DNA from: Oikopleura dioica | Taxonomy: Eukaryota > Animalia > Chordata | Direction of reading: 5' to 3' | NCBI GenBank assembly: GCA_907165135.1 | Contig: OU015566.1 | Location: forward strand, 12,648,001-12,712,000 | DNA: 64,000 bases | In this document: positions 38,901-52,800 of the stretch, one piece after another | How positions within the stretch are numbered: the stretch's first letter is position 1 | Layout: each line of letters opens with the position of its first letter | Position numbers and translations under genes: made by a program | The notes under the pieces: generated by a model | What the model saw: the letters and a program-made list of their open reading frames with translations, nothing else | The model's database searches: none | Told to the model about the DNA's origin: nothing

Positions 38901-39546
38901 TTCAATGTCAAGATTCATCTGCTACCGAAATTACCAAACAGGCAGTTGGCTGAGAGTTGGTTGGGCCGCTGGAGAAGCGCATGTTCACTCAAATAATCCG
39001 ACAGTTTTGCAGATTTGTAAACAAGTTTTGCTCCAACATGCGTATGACTGTAGCCAAGAGGTACTTGATTCAAGTTCAGAAGATACACTTCCTCAATTTT
39101 CAGGTGGATGTTCAAGCAAGCTTATCAGAAGTTTCAACGAAAGAACTAGTCGAACAGATTCTTCGCAAGTTTCAAGAGCATAAAGAATACATCAAGTAAA
39201 CCGTTCTCAATAATTCCAGCGCTAAAACCTTATCAGAAACGCCGATATTGTCGGCATTCTCCGCGATATAACGCTGCTTGATGACAACAAGGACTCGATC
39301 CCGCAGAAATATAGAAGCATGCTTGCAAAAGGTACCCTCTTCCATCCCTTTCAAAATCACGAGAAAATCGTAGGAGTGAAAAATGCAGAGTTAGATGCAA
39401 ATCTTTACGAAACCCTTTCTGCTGTTATTCTTGATCTTTTCATCGATCAAGAAAAGCTTGCCGGAAGACCTGGAGTGGAGAAAGCGAAGGATATTGCCGA
39501 GAGTTTGAAAGACTTGGAATTTGATGAAGTGTTAAAGTTCTTTTAG
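35921..39546 (+). CDS. BBS7: Bardet-Biedl syndrome 7 protein (BBSome subunit); N-terminal exon boundaries only partly resolved
   Basis: RDDYNIQIWQIWQNEPVLSF and IVVATSGWIFFLGTE (propeller), then FRCQ|AGTNRLDIKLRPIEG, LSLH..LKVTG|SFS..SWL, LSAVILDLFID and EVLKFF* follow the BBS7 motif order as recalled. The ORF-track pieces 35840, 36806, 37550, 38815, 38957 and 39319 belong to this gene. Confidence 0.82.
38402..38475 (+). tRNA. tRNA-Met (elongator), anticodon CAT, intronic in BBS7
   Basis: Cloverleaf: acceptor GCCTTCT/AGAGGGC-A, anticodon arm TCAGT-CTCATAA-TCTGA (CAT at 38436-38438), T-arm GTGAG-TTCGAGC-CTCAC. A/B boxes present and T-run just downstream. Confidence 0.95.
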
Positions 39547-40034
39547 TTGATGTTTATATGTTTCTATTTTTATACTGCAATAAACGACTATCTTCGTAAT
39601 AACGATCAACTGAAGTTTGCTTGAGAATTAAAATTTCAATATTAACTTGAGTTTGAATTTGATAAAATTTGAACAAGGTGGGAATATAAACTCTCCGAGG
39701 CTTTCGGAAAACTAAAATACTTCCATAATATTTGCCATTATCTCGGGATACCGAGCGGTTTACACTCTACTAAAATTATATAAAGTCGAAAAAATGATTA
39801 GAGTTACGGTTCTCCGAAAAATCAAAATTTTTGTCGAAGAAAGCGTCCCGCGTAGGTGAGCGCAGTCTGAAGAGCGGCGGGATCGACCAATCGAGGCTCT
39901 TGTTTTACTTTTTTCGAGCGCGGACGCTTTAGCGTAAAATTTTTCCCTTCCAAAAAGAAATACGAACTTGAAATTTACGGTATTAGAGACTGCATCGAAG
40001 AGAGTTATCAGAAGATACCCGTTGAAAGAGAAGA

Positions 40035-41745
40035 ATGGCGCCGGTGATTCAGCCGACCGGGGACTCCAAATTTGAGGTACGAAATTGATGAAAATTACGT
40101 AACTTTAATTATGAAGTAAACTCACAGAAAGATGTTTTTCGAATTTCTCTAGAATACCACATATTTGCTCATTCAGAACTCTGTCGACAAAACCTGTAAA
40201 GAAGATTACGCGCTACATCCAGAACAAGAACTCAGATTCGAAGTCGAAAAGGTCAGTTTCAGAAAAATCATCCTCTCCTCAAAAATCATATAGGGAGAGT
40301 ACTGTAAAATAGAAGTGCTTGATGGAAACGCAGAACTCTTTGGGACCGAACTCATAAAACAAAAACGTAAGAAACTCTTCCCCTCTTTCTCGTCTTCAAC
40401 GAAATTATAGCGTACTACTTCAACGGCGGAAAAGGATATGGGATCTTTACATGGAGCAGTTGCAAAGTTCGAATCACCGGAAAGACAGAATCTGCTTACA
40501 TTTCGAAGGATACGCCGATGGTGCAATACGTCAACATTGCATTTGCGATTGAAGGGTTGAGAAAACAAGCTGAAGCGAGGGAGAATCAAGTCGACAACCA
40601 GGGAACAGCTCTTGATTCTAGGGTAAGTCGAATGACTTTTGATCGTTTTCTAATTGAAATTTTAGGGACCAAGAGTGATGGTCGTTGGAGGAACGGATGT
40701 AGGAAAAACAACACTGTGTCGATTGCTGCTGAATTACGGCGTTAGGCTTGGAAGACGACCAGTGTTCATCGACTTAGATGTTGGTCAACAGAGCATCGGA
40801 ATTCCAGGAACCATTGGGGCCCTCATGGTCGAGCGCCCGGCCGATCCTGTCGAAGGTAAACGTCTTACCAGCCACCAGTACTGATGATCTTTAGGTTTCG
40901 ATATGAAAGCACCAATCGTCTACCACTTCGGGCACACAACGCCCAACGCAAACATGAAGCTCTACACAACTCTGATCACTCGAATCCAAGACTTATACAA
41001 CACAAAATGCTTATACAATCAAAAGGTCCACCACTCCGGCTGTATCATCAACACATGCGGCTGGGTGAATAGAAAAGGATACGACACACTGCTGGAAACG
41101 GCGAAAACTTTTGAGGCTGATGTCGTTTTGTGTTTGGACGCGGAGAGGCTTTATCAAGATTTAGTCAGGGATCTCCCGGACTTTGTTAACATCATGCTCC
41201 TCAGAAAGGTACCTTTTTCATTTCATCACTTTTCTGAACCCTTCCCTAGTCTCCAGGAGTCCTTACTAGATCAAAAGAACAGCGCCGTGACGCCCGGGAA
41301 GCTCTTATTCGCGAATACTACGACGGCCCTCGTGGCCAATTCTACCCTCATTCGTTTGATGTTCCCTTTGACAACATCGAAATCTTCAAAATTGGTACTC
41401 CAAGTCTCCCGAACAGCGCTCTGCCGATCGGAACAACTTTGGCGGATACAGAGACAAAGCTGGTCGCAGTTCAACCTTCCCCAGATATCATGAATCATAT
41501 CCTCGCGGTTTCAAGAGCTGAGACGTTTGAGGAAGAGTTAACTGAAACGAATGTTTCCGGATTTGTTGTTGTAAAAGGTTTGTACTATTCCAAAAGAATT
41601 TCCCATCTCAAATGGACCATTTGACAAAATGTTTTTAGCTGTTGATGAAGAACGACGAATTATGACTGTAAAAAGCCCGGCGCCGCATCCGCTCATTGGC
41701 CGTTACTTGCTTCTTTCAACGCTCAGATACATGGATCAACTTTAA
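40035..41745 (+). CDS. CLP1: Polyribonucleotide 5'-hydroxyl-kinase Clp1
   Basis: [74 protein letters not shown]. Confidence 0.95.
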
Positions 41746-41870
41746 TTTTACTAGAAAATTATTTGTCCTTCATTTTCATTATTGAAAATTATCAAGTTTA
41801 ACTGCCTGAAAATCTCTCAACAAGGATAACATTTATCGACGCTCTCAACTGATCATTTCCACAATTCAGA

Positions 41871-42184
41871 ATGGCGGACCAGATGCAAGCAATCCAGGCG
41901 ATCCAGCAACTTGCTGCTCAAGATCCAGAAATTCAAAAGCTCCAGGCTCAGGCACAATTCAAGAGTGTGATTCACGGACATACCGATCGATGCTGGGAGA
42001 AGTGCAACTTGGGAAAGGAAGCCACCCAATCCTCTCTTTGTAAGTTGCCTTAATTCTTTCAGAGCTTTATTTTTTTGTAGCCGGTCGAGCAAAATCCTGC
42101 CTTGACAACTGCGTCCGAAACTTCTTCACCTGCGAGGGAGCTGTGAATGAAGTCATGCAGAAAATGATGTCTGGCAACAACTAG
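41871..42184 (+). CDS. TIMM8: Small Tim chaperone Tim8
   Basis: Two exons. Twin CX3C: QAQFKSVIHGHTDRCWEKC..SGRAKSCLDNCVRNF. Confidence 0.85.
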
Positions 42185-42302
42185 GAAAGAATGACTACGA
42201 ACCCGATAAATTATGAACTTCCCTCGATCGTATATTAATTCGCTGATTGATTGGATGAATTGAGACTTCATCGCCGATTTCAACTTGTTTATCAACTCTA
42301 GA

Positions 42303-42729
42303 ATGGGCGCCAGGATGAGTAGAGGAGTCGGCAAAGTTCCGAAAGAAACACCAAAGGCTCCGACTGCTCCAAAGCAGAAATTACCAGGTTCGAAATGCTC
42401 CTGTGTCCGATTCCTAACAAACGTTTCAGAATATGTCCCTGGCGAAGGCATCCGCTCGCTAGATACGTCAGCTGGCTTCCGGACCCTCAATTTCGAACTT
42501 TACGTCAAGGCAAACAAACCAATCATGGCATTCGGTATTGCCACAATGTCCATTATCACACTCTATTTTGCCTACATGAAAGCGACAACAGAGGTTTAAT
42601 CTCTTCGCTCTCAAACACCTTACTAATCAGTCTTCCCAGAACAAAACTCTCGACGCTGAATACGATAAACTCTATGGCGAAGGTGCTGCGAATTATATGC
42701 GAACGCGGAAAGTGAATAGTTGGGACTAA
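42303..42729 (+). CDS. SMIM8: Small integral membrane protein 8
   Basis: GIRSLDTSAGFRTLNFELYVKANKPIMAFG..TM..; third exon ends YMRTRKVNSWD*, like SMIM8 as recalled. Confidence 0.85.
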
Positions 42730-42832
42730 ACTTCGAAAAAGAACTTGCCAGTTACTTCTCCTTTACCTCGCTCTACATTCTGTTAATATTTAATTTATTC
42801 AAATATCCATTTCAACCCCGTTTTTTGCTAGA

Positions 42833-43637
42833 ATGGCTGCAGTTCAACCCTGGCACCGAGTTCTCCGATACGGCGCTCTCGCCCTTGGTGTCTACCACGG
42901 CAAGTATGCCTACGACCAACTCGCCGTTATCCGAGCTAACGAGCGAAAGGTAAGCCCTTCGTTTCGCCTCTAGATTTTATCTCCTTCTTTAGGAAGAAAT
43001 CGAAGTCGCCAAGGCTTACATGGAGCAGACTCACATCGCCAACAAGCTCGTCGAGGAAGAAGGCAAGCGAGTAAGTCCTAGAATGACCGATCATTTGTTC
43101 AAAAAGCCATCTTTTAGGACTCCTACCTTTTCGGTACCAAGCTCCCAGAAGCTCCCAACGCCGCTCCATACAACGCCACCAACGACATCCTTCTCACCCT
43201 CGAAGGCCCTAACAAGCTCCACCCCCACCTCCAGGCCCTCTGGGAAGCCAACAAGGACAAGGTACGATCCTCTTTTTCACTAGATCCTTGATAATAATTT
43301 CCCCTAGGCTCCCTTCGGCAACCACATCACCAACGGCAAGAAGGATCTCTTCCCCGGACCCCAGCAGTACATCGCTTCTCTCCCAACTCCCCTCATGGGC
43401 CGAGCTCGATCCTCCTTCGACAACCAGGTCCTCACCCTCAACTTCCTCATCGAAGTCAACAAGAAGCTCGGTATCGACACCTCCAAGGTCGAGAACATCG
43501 TCTTCCCCAACATCGTCCGAGACGAGAACAACGGTATAACATAAAATTTCATCAACAATCGTCTCATCCGCTTTTTAGTCGTCAAGGTTGTCGGTGGCAC
43601 TGCTGCTCCCGCTTGCGCCTGGACCTCTACTTTGTAA
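42833..43637 (+). CDS. ATP5ME: ATP synthase subunit e with ~135-aa C-terminal extension (~207 aa total)
   Basis: Five exons with canonical introns. N-terminus VLRYGALALGVYHGKYAYDQL (GxxxG TM) plus coiled coil. Strong C-ending codon bias throughout, including the extension. Confidence 0.72.
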
Positions 43638-43928
43638 ACTGTTCACTGGAGAAACTGCGCTCAAGTCTAGACAGCTGATCATATGAAAATTCATATGATC
43701 TGCTTGTCTAAAATTATCCAACATGTTCATGTCTGAGTTCCGTTCGAATTCTGTTACAATTAGGCCACTACTCTAATTACTGTAACTCCCCAGTAAACAA
43801 CATATTTATTGCAAGTTTAATCTTGTTCAAGAAAATTAAGAAATTCCCGAAAATTCAATAAAAGAAAAAGCTAAAAACGAGTGGTTTTCAGATAATTTAA
43901 ATCGCAGTTAATTGCAGATTATGCAAAT

Positions 43929-46153
43929 ATGTGGGCAGAAGCGAGAAAGCATGAGAAAAAGATTCGAGGGATCGTTATTGACTTGAAAAAACGAGCAGAG
44001 AGGAGGAAGGCGTATTATGAGGCGATCAAGGATGATCCAGTGTCTTATTTGCGGATTCATGGTCAGTCGATGAAGGTGCATCTTGATCCGAAGATTTCGG
44101 AGCAGGCGAATGCTTGTATGATGCCCTGGCCAGGCTCTACTGAGGAAGATGACGAGAAAAAAGACGAAATCGATAGGTTTGATGCCCGAGTTCATCTTGA
44201 AGCTATTCCTATCAAGAAAAAAGTAAACCCGTTAAAACAAACAGTAGCTAACTCAACTCTAGAACGACCAAAACTTCGATAACAAGCTCGAAAAAGACGT
44301 GTTATCAGAAGTGCAATACGAGCGATACAGAGAACTCATCCACAATGACTTTCGCGGTGTAGACCAGAAAATGGTCTTGTCAGAAATTGCTGCGGAAGAG
44401 AGTTTTGAAAAAATGGCTAAGAAGCTTGATAAAAAACGCGAACAGAGGGCGGCAATAAATGTACAATACAATCAAGGGGATAAAAGTAAACCAAAAGGTA
44501 AGAAGAAAAACTATCACTAGAGAGTTATCTTTCGCTTCTTAGATGGTTCTGATTCGGACGACTCTGGTTCCGATAGTGATCCTGGAATCGCCTTATTAGA
44601 GGATGTCATGAATCCGACCCTTTTATCGAGCCATGATCAGAGCTCAGTCGACAACAGAGCGATGGATTTCGGTATTGCCCCCGGAATGTTCATCCGCTAC
44701 CTCAGAAATGACAGACTCTTTCTCGACAGCAAACGACAGAAGCAAAAAGAAGACATTGAACACGCAATGTCAGGCGAGAAAAAGTCGAGAAGAGGAAAGC
44801 GAAAGAGGAGGGACAAGAAACTCAAATCGATTATCATTTCCGAATTGCCGAGTTTTTCCCAACAAAACGTGAGCGTTTTTGACTTTTCGAGATCTTTATT
44901 TATGTTTCAGAATATGGAGCTAGAGGAAGGAGAAATGTCAGACTCATCGTCCGATTCTTCAGAAGAAGACAACGAAGGAGAGGTTCAAAAGATCACATCT
45001 TTCGGCGGCTCTTCGGAAGACGAAGCGCAGGAAATGAAGGAAATGAACAAGGCGAAGAAGAAAGCGAGGAAGAAACGAGAAAAAGAACGCGAAAAGGAGC
45101 GACAGAGAAGAAAGGAGGAGGAGCGCGAAAGACGGAAAAGAAGATCAAGGAGTAGATCGAGATCGCCAAGAAGAAGAAGACGTAGGTCACGCTCAAGATC
45201 AAGAAGCAGATCCAGAAGGTAAAAAAAATCGAAACTGGCAGTTGTTTATTTAATATTTAGTTATGAGAGAAGACGGAAGCGAAGCAGAAGTCATGATCGT
45301 CGCCGTCGAGATCGATCTAGAAGCCGGGATCGATCAAGAAGTCGCGATCGCCGCCGTAGAAGATCACGATCCCGATCTCGTTCCGCCTCTCGAGAGCGTA
45401 AACGATCAAGACATCAAGAAAAGCCAGATCGAAAGCGGACAAAGACTCGTTCCCAGAGTCCCGTTCCTTCTCCGCCACCGCGGGCGAGAACTCCGCCGAC
45501 GCCGAAAAGAAAATACAGTTCTCCTTCGTCCAGCTCTTCCTCCTCGTCTGACTCTTCAGACAGCGATGATGGTGTTCGACGACCGGGACAAGCTCCAGGT
45601 CGAGTAAGAATCGGTCCAGTGACACCAGCGATGTTCAAGGGCCCTGCTAGACCAGTTCAAGCCATGTCTCAAGCGGAAAGAATCAAGATGATGATCAAGA
45701 ATCGACTGGAAACAACTCACGAAACAGAAAAGGTAAGATTCGATTTTTCATTGAAACAAGTTTGTTCTCAGGTGACCCGAGTTCTGAAAAAGGAAGAAGC
45801 TGAGGAGCAAAAACTCGAGCGTCAACGAGAGTGGCGTCGGCAGGTAATTAAAAAGCAATTGAAGATAAGAGCGCTTTGATATCGCTTCTTTCTAGCTTCG
45901 AAAACAGAAGGAACGTGGCCACATTGATGTCGATGTAGACAAGTTTACGAACGAGCAAATGGAGCGAATGATCTTTCACAAAGACTACAACCCTCTCAAG
46001 GTTTGCTTTTTATGAAGAATCCCGTGTAATATTTTTCTGTAGAAACGAGAGGACGATGAAGGCGACGGAGCCGAATCCATGTCCGATGATGAATCCGCCG
46101 CCGAAGCAGCCAAACGACGTGCAGAACTACGAGCTCGTTTCAACGCTGCCTAA
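43929..46153 (+). CDS. CLASRP: CLK4-associating serine/arginine-rich protein (SFRS16)
   Basis: MWAEARKHEKKIRG..KKRAERRKAYYE..LRIHG..MMPWPG..IDRFDARVHL, YERYRELIHNDF, then RS domain. Confidence 0.92.
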
Positions 46154-46791
46154 ATTTTCTCAATTCTATCACTGCTATTGTCGAATTCTTAGGTTCAAAT
46201 TTTCTGCCATTTCAAAATTCATATTTCAAAATAAACAAACAGCGATTTCTCCCATAATAAACGGCGAACTTGAGCAAAGTGGCTATTCTTGGTTATCTTT
46301 TTATTTCTGTTGATGCAGGGCAAGTTCCGTTAATAACAATAATAACCCGCGCATCAATATCCACTTGAAGATTATGCTTATTATAACTATTCAACAGTTA
46401 TTACTTTAGATTACGGCAGATATCATGGTGTCGTCTTGAGGAGCAGGCACTTGTGAAATCTGATTGGACTCGCGAAATTGTAAAAGTTGTTCGATTTTCA
46501 CTGTTGGATATTCAAACAGTGGCGTTGAGTTCGGAGAGTATAAAACGTGTGCCACATTTACCTTCACGAAGAACAGGAAATGAGTTTTTTCGCTTTAAAT
46601 CGAGCTCTTTCTGCGTTGGGAGTAGGAGCAGTACTTTATAGAAGGAGAATGAAGAGGGATGATGTTGAAGCTAAATCAGGTTTTTATGAGAACATGTGAT
46701 ATCCAAAACAGCTTCTCCGTTATCGGGGATATGAATAGTGTGAACCTTAGAGTTTAAAATCAGTGTAGTAAGATTTATTATTTATAAAAAA

Positions 46792-49230
46792 ATGACTATC
46801 TTCAAAAATTTCTGGTTTTTAGCTTGGTCTTTATCCGAATTTGAACTTCTCTCCCCAATCAACGGAATCTCCAAGTTCCCGACTTCTTCCTGGTCCGATT
46901 TCATCACATTCAAAAACAGCAATGGCGAATCAACCTCGCTTATCTGGCCCCATGCCGTTGCGAAAAACTACTCCGAAATCGCCATTTCTAATCTCTTCCG
47001 ATACGCGCTGAAGCTAGACCCAAATATTTTGAAGTCCCCAGCTTGGCAAGGAAAGGGATTCTTTATGCGTTATCAGCAACTTGGTGAGCGTCAGCGAAAA
47101 TTTCAGACTAAATGAACTTTTGCCCTAGAATTTACGCAAGAGTTTTACGATGCGCTCAGCTGCCCTAGAATTTTTCAATCACCAGATGCACCAACTTCAA
47201 ATCTTCATGTCCATACGAATATTATTCAAGTCGGAAAATCTTCTGGTAAGCCTTGGTTAGGGTTAAGGTTGAAACTACGCCTTGAGATACTAGAAAATTT
47301 AACGATAAGACAAAATATAGTTTACTTTGCAGATTCTGGTTCGCATCATCAGAAGACGTTGGCGGCTTTTGCGGACTTTCAAAAGCCCGCTTGACAGACA
47401 TTTCCGATAGTTTGGGACACTTACCATTTCCGCGCGACAACTTATTATTTATCGTGCGACTTGGCGTAAACATCCGTTTGACATTTTTTATCTTTAGCTG
47501 TTGCGGAGCAGCTGCTTGTCGTCGACGGGAAGCGAGTTGGAAAGAACTTGCAGCAGATAACCTGTATAGAACGTGGGAAGCCTGGGGCTGCTCCGTTGCC
47601 CGACGAGTTTTTGGAACTAGAATATATCAAGGCAGGGATAGAAAGTTGATTTTTGAGGCAGTATATTTACAATGACACAAATATATCCCGAAGTAGCCTT
47701 TACGAAAAGCTCCCAGACCGAATTTTCCAAGGACGTTTTTACCAGATCCGAAGTTAGAAGAAATCGGATCGTTGAAAATGGGTTGCTTTCAAAGTGACAC
47801 TGATGAGAACTGCCACATGAATGAAAGTGTCTATTTGAGGATTTCTTTGGATGCGATTTTTCATTGTGAAAAATTGACGAAAAAGGATCTTCAAGTTGAA
47901 AAAGTTCAAGCTCTTTATCACAAAGAAATTCTAGGTAGGGACATTCTACAAGGATTCTTTTTACAACCATTAATTCAGCTGGTAAGAGTGTTGACGTAAA
48001 AGTATACCGCGGACCCGATGGGACTTATGTTACAAGCTTTACTGTTGATGGCAACTTCTCCTTCCAGAGCAAGATCAAAACGCGAAGAATTTAACGCTCT
48101 GTTCCAATACTAGTTCTTTCAAATTTTCAAAGTTCGAAATGCAAATGAGATTCTCAATACATTCTTTAACAAATATATTCGATGAAACAGGAGGCCACTC
48201 TTGAACTTGAGTGTCCGTTTCTATGAAGATGCTCCAGAATACCCTTATCTTTATCAATTACGTTGAACCACAGACTCGCAGAGATAGAAAAACGCATACT
48301 TGCACAATTGCATTCTAGGGAAAATCACATCGCGTAAGAATTGATTGGAAGCCACCTTAATTCTATGATAGCTGAGTGCGATTAGCAAAGCAACTTATCA
48401 ATAGGTTTATCGTTAGCCCGCGGCCTTGGAGAGGCGCAATTGTCCGCAGTATTAATCTGCTGCATGCAGCTCCCGACGTTTATTTGCTGCTGAAATAAAT
48501 TTCAACCGATAATGTTGAAGTTTTGCGTTTTTTCGTTTTTGATGCTCACTGGAAATACCCTTGCCGGAACAGCTAAGAGGCATAGAAAAGCGATGAAAAT
48601 GTACGAAGAAAGTAAGATGAACGCCTCCCTGCGAGGGAGTAGAACGATGGGTAAGAAAGGAAACTCATGCTTGTTGATTATAAAACATGATTTAGAATTG
48701 CCTGACGTCGTTAACCTGGTGCGAAGTGAAACTGGCTCAATTTACGAATGGGTCGAAAGCAACATCCGGGAATCATCAAACTCAAGGCGCGTCCTGTCAG
48801 CACTCAATAAATTTGAGCAAAAATTCGAGGTGAGCACTTCCGAACATCTAAGCTTGCCGTTTTCCTGCTGCTGACAGTCCTGACATTTCGTATAATTCTG
48901 TCGAACGTGGGGACAGCGAGAGTAGCAGTTATGCTATAAATTATTCAACAACTTCCCATAAATTCATTAATTTCGAAATTCTAGGGCATCTTCAATCAGT
49001 ACGGCGTTTTACTTTGTAAAACAAAAGACTCCTCTCGAATCAGCTTTCTTGGTTTTTTCGATGACTTAGTCGAAGGAAGGGATGGAGATTCGTACAACGA
49101 TGATGATGAGCACATTGGAATCTCCCCTGGAAGAGGTCTAGCTCCTCTCCCCAGATTCGAGCAGACATCGAATCAACATGGATCAAGTGAATTTTCAGAG
49201 AAATACGCTTCTCTCAAGCCCGTAAGTTAA
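46792..49230 (+). CDS. Uncharacterised multi-exon gene, possibly a single-pass membrane protein; exon chain not fully resolved
   Basis: Signal-like start MTIFKNFWFLAWSLS, several same-strand ORF blocks bounded by GT/AG, hydrophobic segment near 48400-48570 followed by basic residues (KRHRK). Confidence 0.4.
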
Positions 49231-49834
49231 AAACATAATAACACCGCCGAATGTTATATCATTTTATGTCACCTTATCGGCTGATCCGGACATTAGATAA
49301 TTTCATCGGCTCTTACGTTCAAACTTTTCATAAGAACGAGAGTTTACCAAAACAATAACAATGATGTTTAGATCTTGGAACGAATCCGAGATACCATCAC
49401 GAAATTCACGAGTGCCTGCGCCAAGCATGACAATTTTCTTGAACGAGTCCAGAAGATCGAAAACCGGGGGATCAATGCTTTACTTGATGAAATGATGTCC
49501 TCCGAATAATTTGATTCACCCTCCCTTTGATTCCTGCGCAAGAAAATTAAAGTGCCAATAAAGATAAATTCTTCCAAGTCAATTTTTATTTGAAGCCAGA
49601 GAGTGATATTTTCAAGGGTTTTCTTTTTACAGTGACGAAGTAAAACTGTCAATCTCACACTTTTGAGTCATTTCATAATATGCTGAGTAGTCCAACTTGA
49701 AATTGGAACACTAATCTTTATTTTAAAGGATATCTACTCACTAACGCGCTTGTACAAGCTAGTTTGCTGGTAAACACAATTTTAATATATTACATAAGAG
49801 AGTATTAAGACAGAGTCAATAAAAAATCGTGTCT

Positions 49835-52800
49835 TCAAGAGTACACGAAGTGGTTGGCCAGTTCCCGTGCGCCATATCGCATCGTGTAGGGAGCGTACCG
49901 CGCAGCTGCCATTTGATGGAGGCTCGGGGTGGGCAACGCGGTCGGAGTTGAGGTCGCTGGGCGGACTGCCGGCTCGGAGGCAGATTTTGAAGTATTCGAG
50001 AGGTGGACTTCCTAGGAGTTTACGTTAGGCAAAGTTCTGACATTCCACAGATCACAAGAAATGTTTATCGCAATCAAAGAGGACTCACCTTAACATGCTC
50101 GCCAAGAGCTTCTGTTGTGGAAAACTTTTCATTGCAGTTTCCCCAGTTGCATGCTTTTTCGGGTTCAGCTGGTTGTTCAGGAAGTTGAGGAAGACTGAGA
50201 GGGAATGCACTGCTTAGACTGGAGGTGAGACTGGAGAGTCCAAGCTGGCTCCATGCAGGATATAAATAAGGATTGTAACCGACAGGTGATGGTGTAAGCC
50301 CAGGAAGACCGAGGGGATAAGCAGCAGACGCATAGGCGGCAGCGGAAGGCCAAGAAGCTGAAGCTGTGAGTTGCCGGTATAGAGTAGGATTGGTGATGCT
50401 CAAGTGAGAAAGAAGCGAAGCGTCGGTAGCAGTAGCGCTCAAGTCTGGAAGCACTTTGGCTGGTGAAAGCTTGGCGGACTTAGACGGGAGGGGATTTAGA
50501 GGCGACGAACGGCGCTTGGTAGCTGGAGTCTTTGGGGAACTTTCCTCCTTGTTTTCCGAGACAGGTTCGGCTTTGCGCTTCAAGGCGGTTTTCCCATGCG
50601 ACTTCGACGAGTCAGCGGAAACAACAGAAATGTTAGTATCGTCGTTAACACTGAGAGCTTTTTCGCGGGTTTGGTTGTTGGTTGATGAAGACGGAGTAGA
50701 GTTGGTAGCAGATTGGTATGCTGAGCTGGTGCTGGGAGGCTTGGGACTATCGCGGCCGATGGCAGCGCATGTCATCTGCAGCATCTCGAGGGGACACTTG
50801 CCGCCCAACTGAATTATAATTTTAGCTGTTGAAGTTTATTTTCGGTCGAGTGAATGGCTTAGTCTTGTCGATGCTGTGACGCGTGATTGACGCGCCCGTC
50901 ACAAAGCTCAAACAGACGACATTTTGATATTCAAAAAACTTTCACGTCGCAACTGTCACACTATCGAGACATCACTGTCCTTCCTTCCAAGCCCGACATG
51001 ATGGCCCGCTTCTTATCACTCGCGGACAACTAGAGACCAAGTCATCAAAGAAGCCGTAACTTAGTGATTCGCTATCGACAATCATACTTTGACAAGTTTG
51101 TAAACTACAGAATCGTAATCGAATGAAATACTGAACTTAACTCTGCATATCAATACTTGCCCGAGTGAACTTGAGGCTACTAGTATTCCAGAGAAAAAAA
51201 AGGCTTGAGCTGAAGTTAATGTTTACTCGAGCTCATGAAGTTTCATATGGCGGTTGATTTACGTCGAGAAACTTTTGAAGTACCCCACTTGGGCTGTAAA
51301 TCATCAGCTAAAGTGATGAAGACTTGTTGAGCCCTGAGTGTCGTCCCCGTGGCGAGCTCCAAGAGCCATAAAGAGGGCGACATTGATTGATTGGGGGTAC
51401 TCGATGGCCATAGGAAGTATAAACGGTGTCAAGCATTTGACAAGCGCGTTAGATTGATCTGACAGGGCTCAGCATTCGCCGCCCAAGCGACAAAATCGAC
51501 ACTCGATCAAGCCACACAGACGTCCGTCAACATCATCCCCAGCTTATACTACCCGTCGCTCTGTTAATCATTACGTTATCTCCCAATTAGAGCAAATGCA
51601 GTTAAAAGCATGCACTCAACAGTCTATCGATTAATTCTCTAGAAAGTTCCACCTTTCAGCGCCCAAGAATCAATTTGTCTAACTGTGGCTCCTTACGTCC
51701 CCGGAAATCATCGCGCGCTCAGAGTGCGTTAGTTACCTGTAGACACCTTGTCATTTATCAGTTGCTCGCGGAGTTTTGAGATGACCAACGATTTGTTGAG
51801 AGGAAAGACAGGGCTTAAATCCTTCAACTCACCACAGCTGGCCATCATCATCAATCCTAGTATCGTCCTTATAAACCCTCGCCGCCGAAGACGATCCATT
51901 ATGGACCGCCGTCGAAAATTTTAACTGATGAATGCAATTAGTTATGCTCGAGTCAACTCGTGTATCGTTGTAATCTGATTTAGCTGATTTACGAACATGT
52001 TCACAAAGAGCATAAATCAGGGGCAACTAGCGAATGCCCTGGGAAGCGCGTATTCCCCGATGCACTAGAAAAAGTCACGGGCTATTATTCGCGCATTAAA
52101 TTACCGCTTTATCAGCGAGGCAGAAGACACTTGCGGAAGAAGAGGGTGACAGACAACTTGCCATAACACCGGCGGGCGCACTCTTAGTATGGCATGCCGC
52201 TGTCATATACACGTTTGATCATGTGAAGAGAAATTTCGCCGGCGGAAGCTATCTGACCTCCCGTTCGACAAAAGCGCAAATACCCGCGGAATCTTCAAAA
52301 AACCATATACATATTTTGACAGATTAAAGTTTACTAACTATGCGAGAAAAAACAATGCAACTTTCAAGGAGAAAATTTGCTTACCGATGCTGGAGGGTCT
52401 GACGGTGACAGATACTGCTCGTTTGATTTTGGCATCTCTCTTTTCTGGCTTTACTTTGAAGTGAAAATCTCTGAGGTTTTATTGTCGATGTTTTCTGTTG
52501 AAAAAAGAGTTTTTTTTTGTTTTATGTTTTTGTCTGGATCGCGCAGAAATTTTGCAGGAGGACTCCAAAGTTTCGCCCAGGAGATGATAGCGCGCGGATG
52601 GGTATGGTGGCGCGCGCACAGCTCAGTAGGGTAGCGCTCGCGCGTTGTCGACGGACTCGTAATGCTCGAGCACCAAGATTGAGCTAGAGGAGCTCCTAGG
52701 GTGAAAATAGGCCAGCGCCCATATGCAGCCGTTTTCGCATCAATCAGACGTTCTGATGACAGTAGCTGTAATTTAATGAGAACGCATAAGAAACTGCTTA

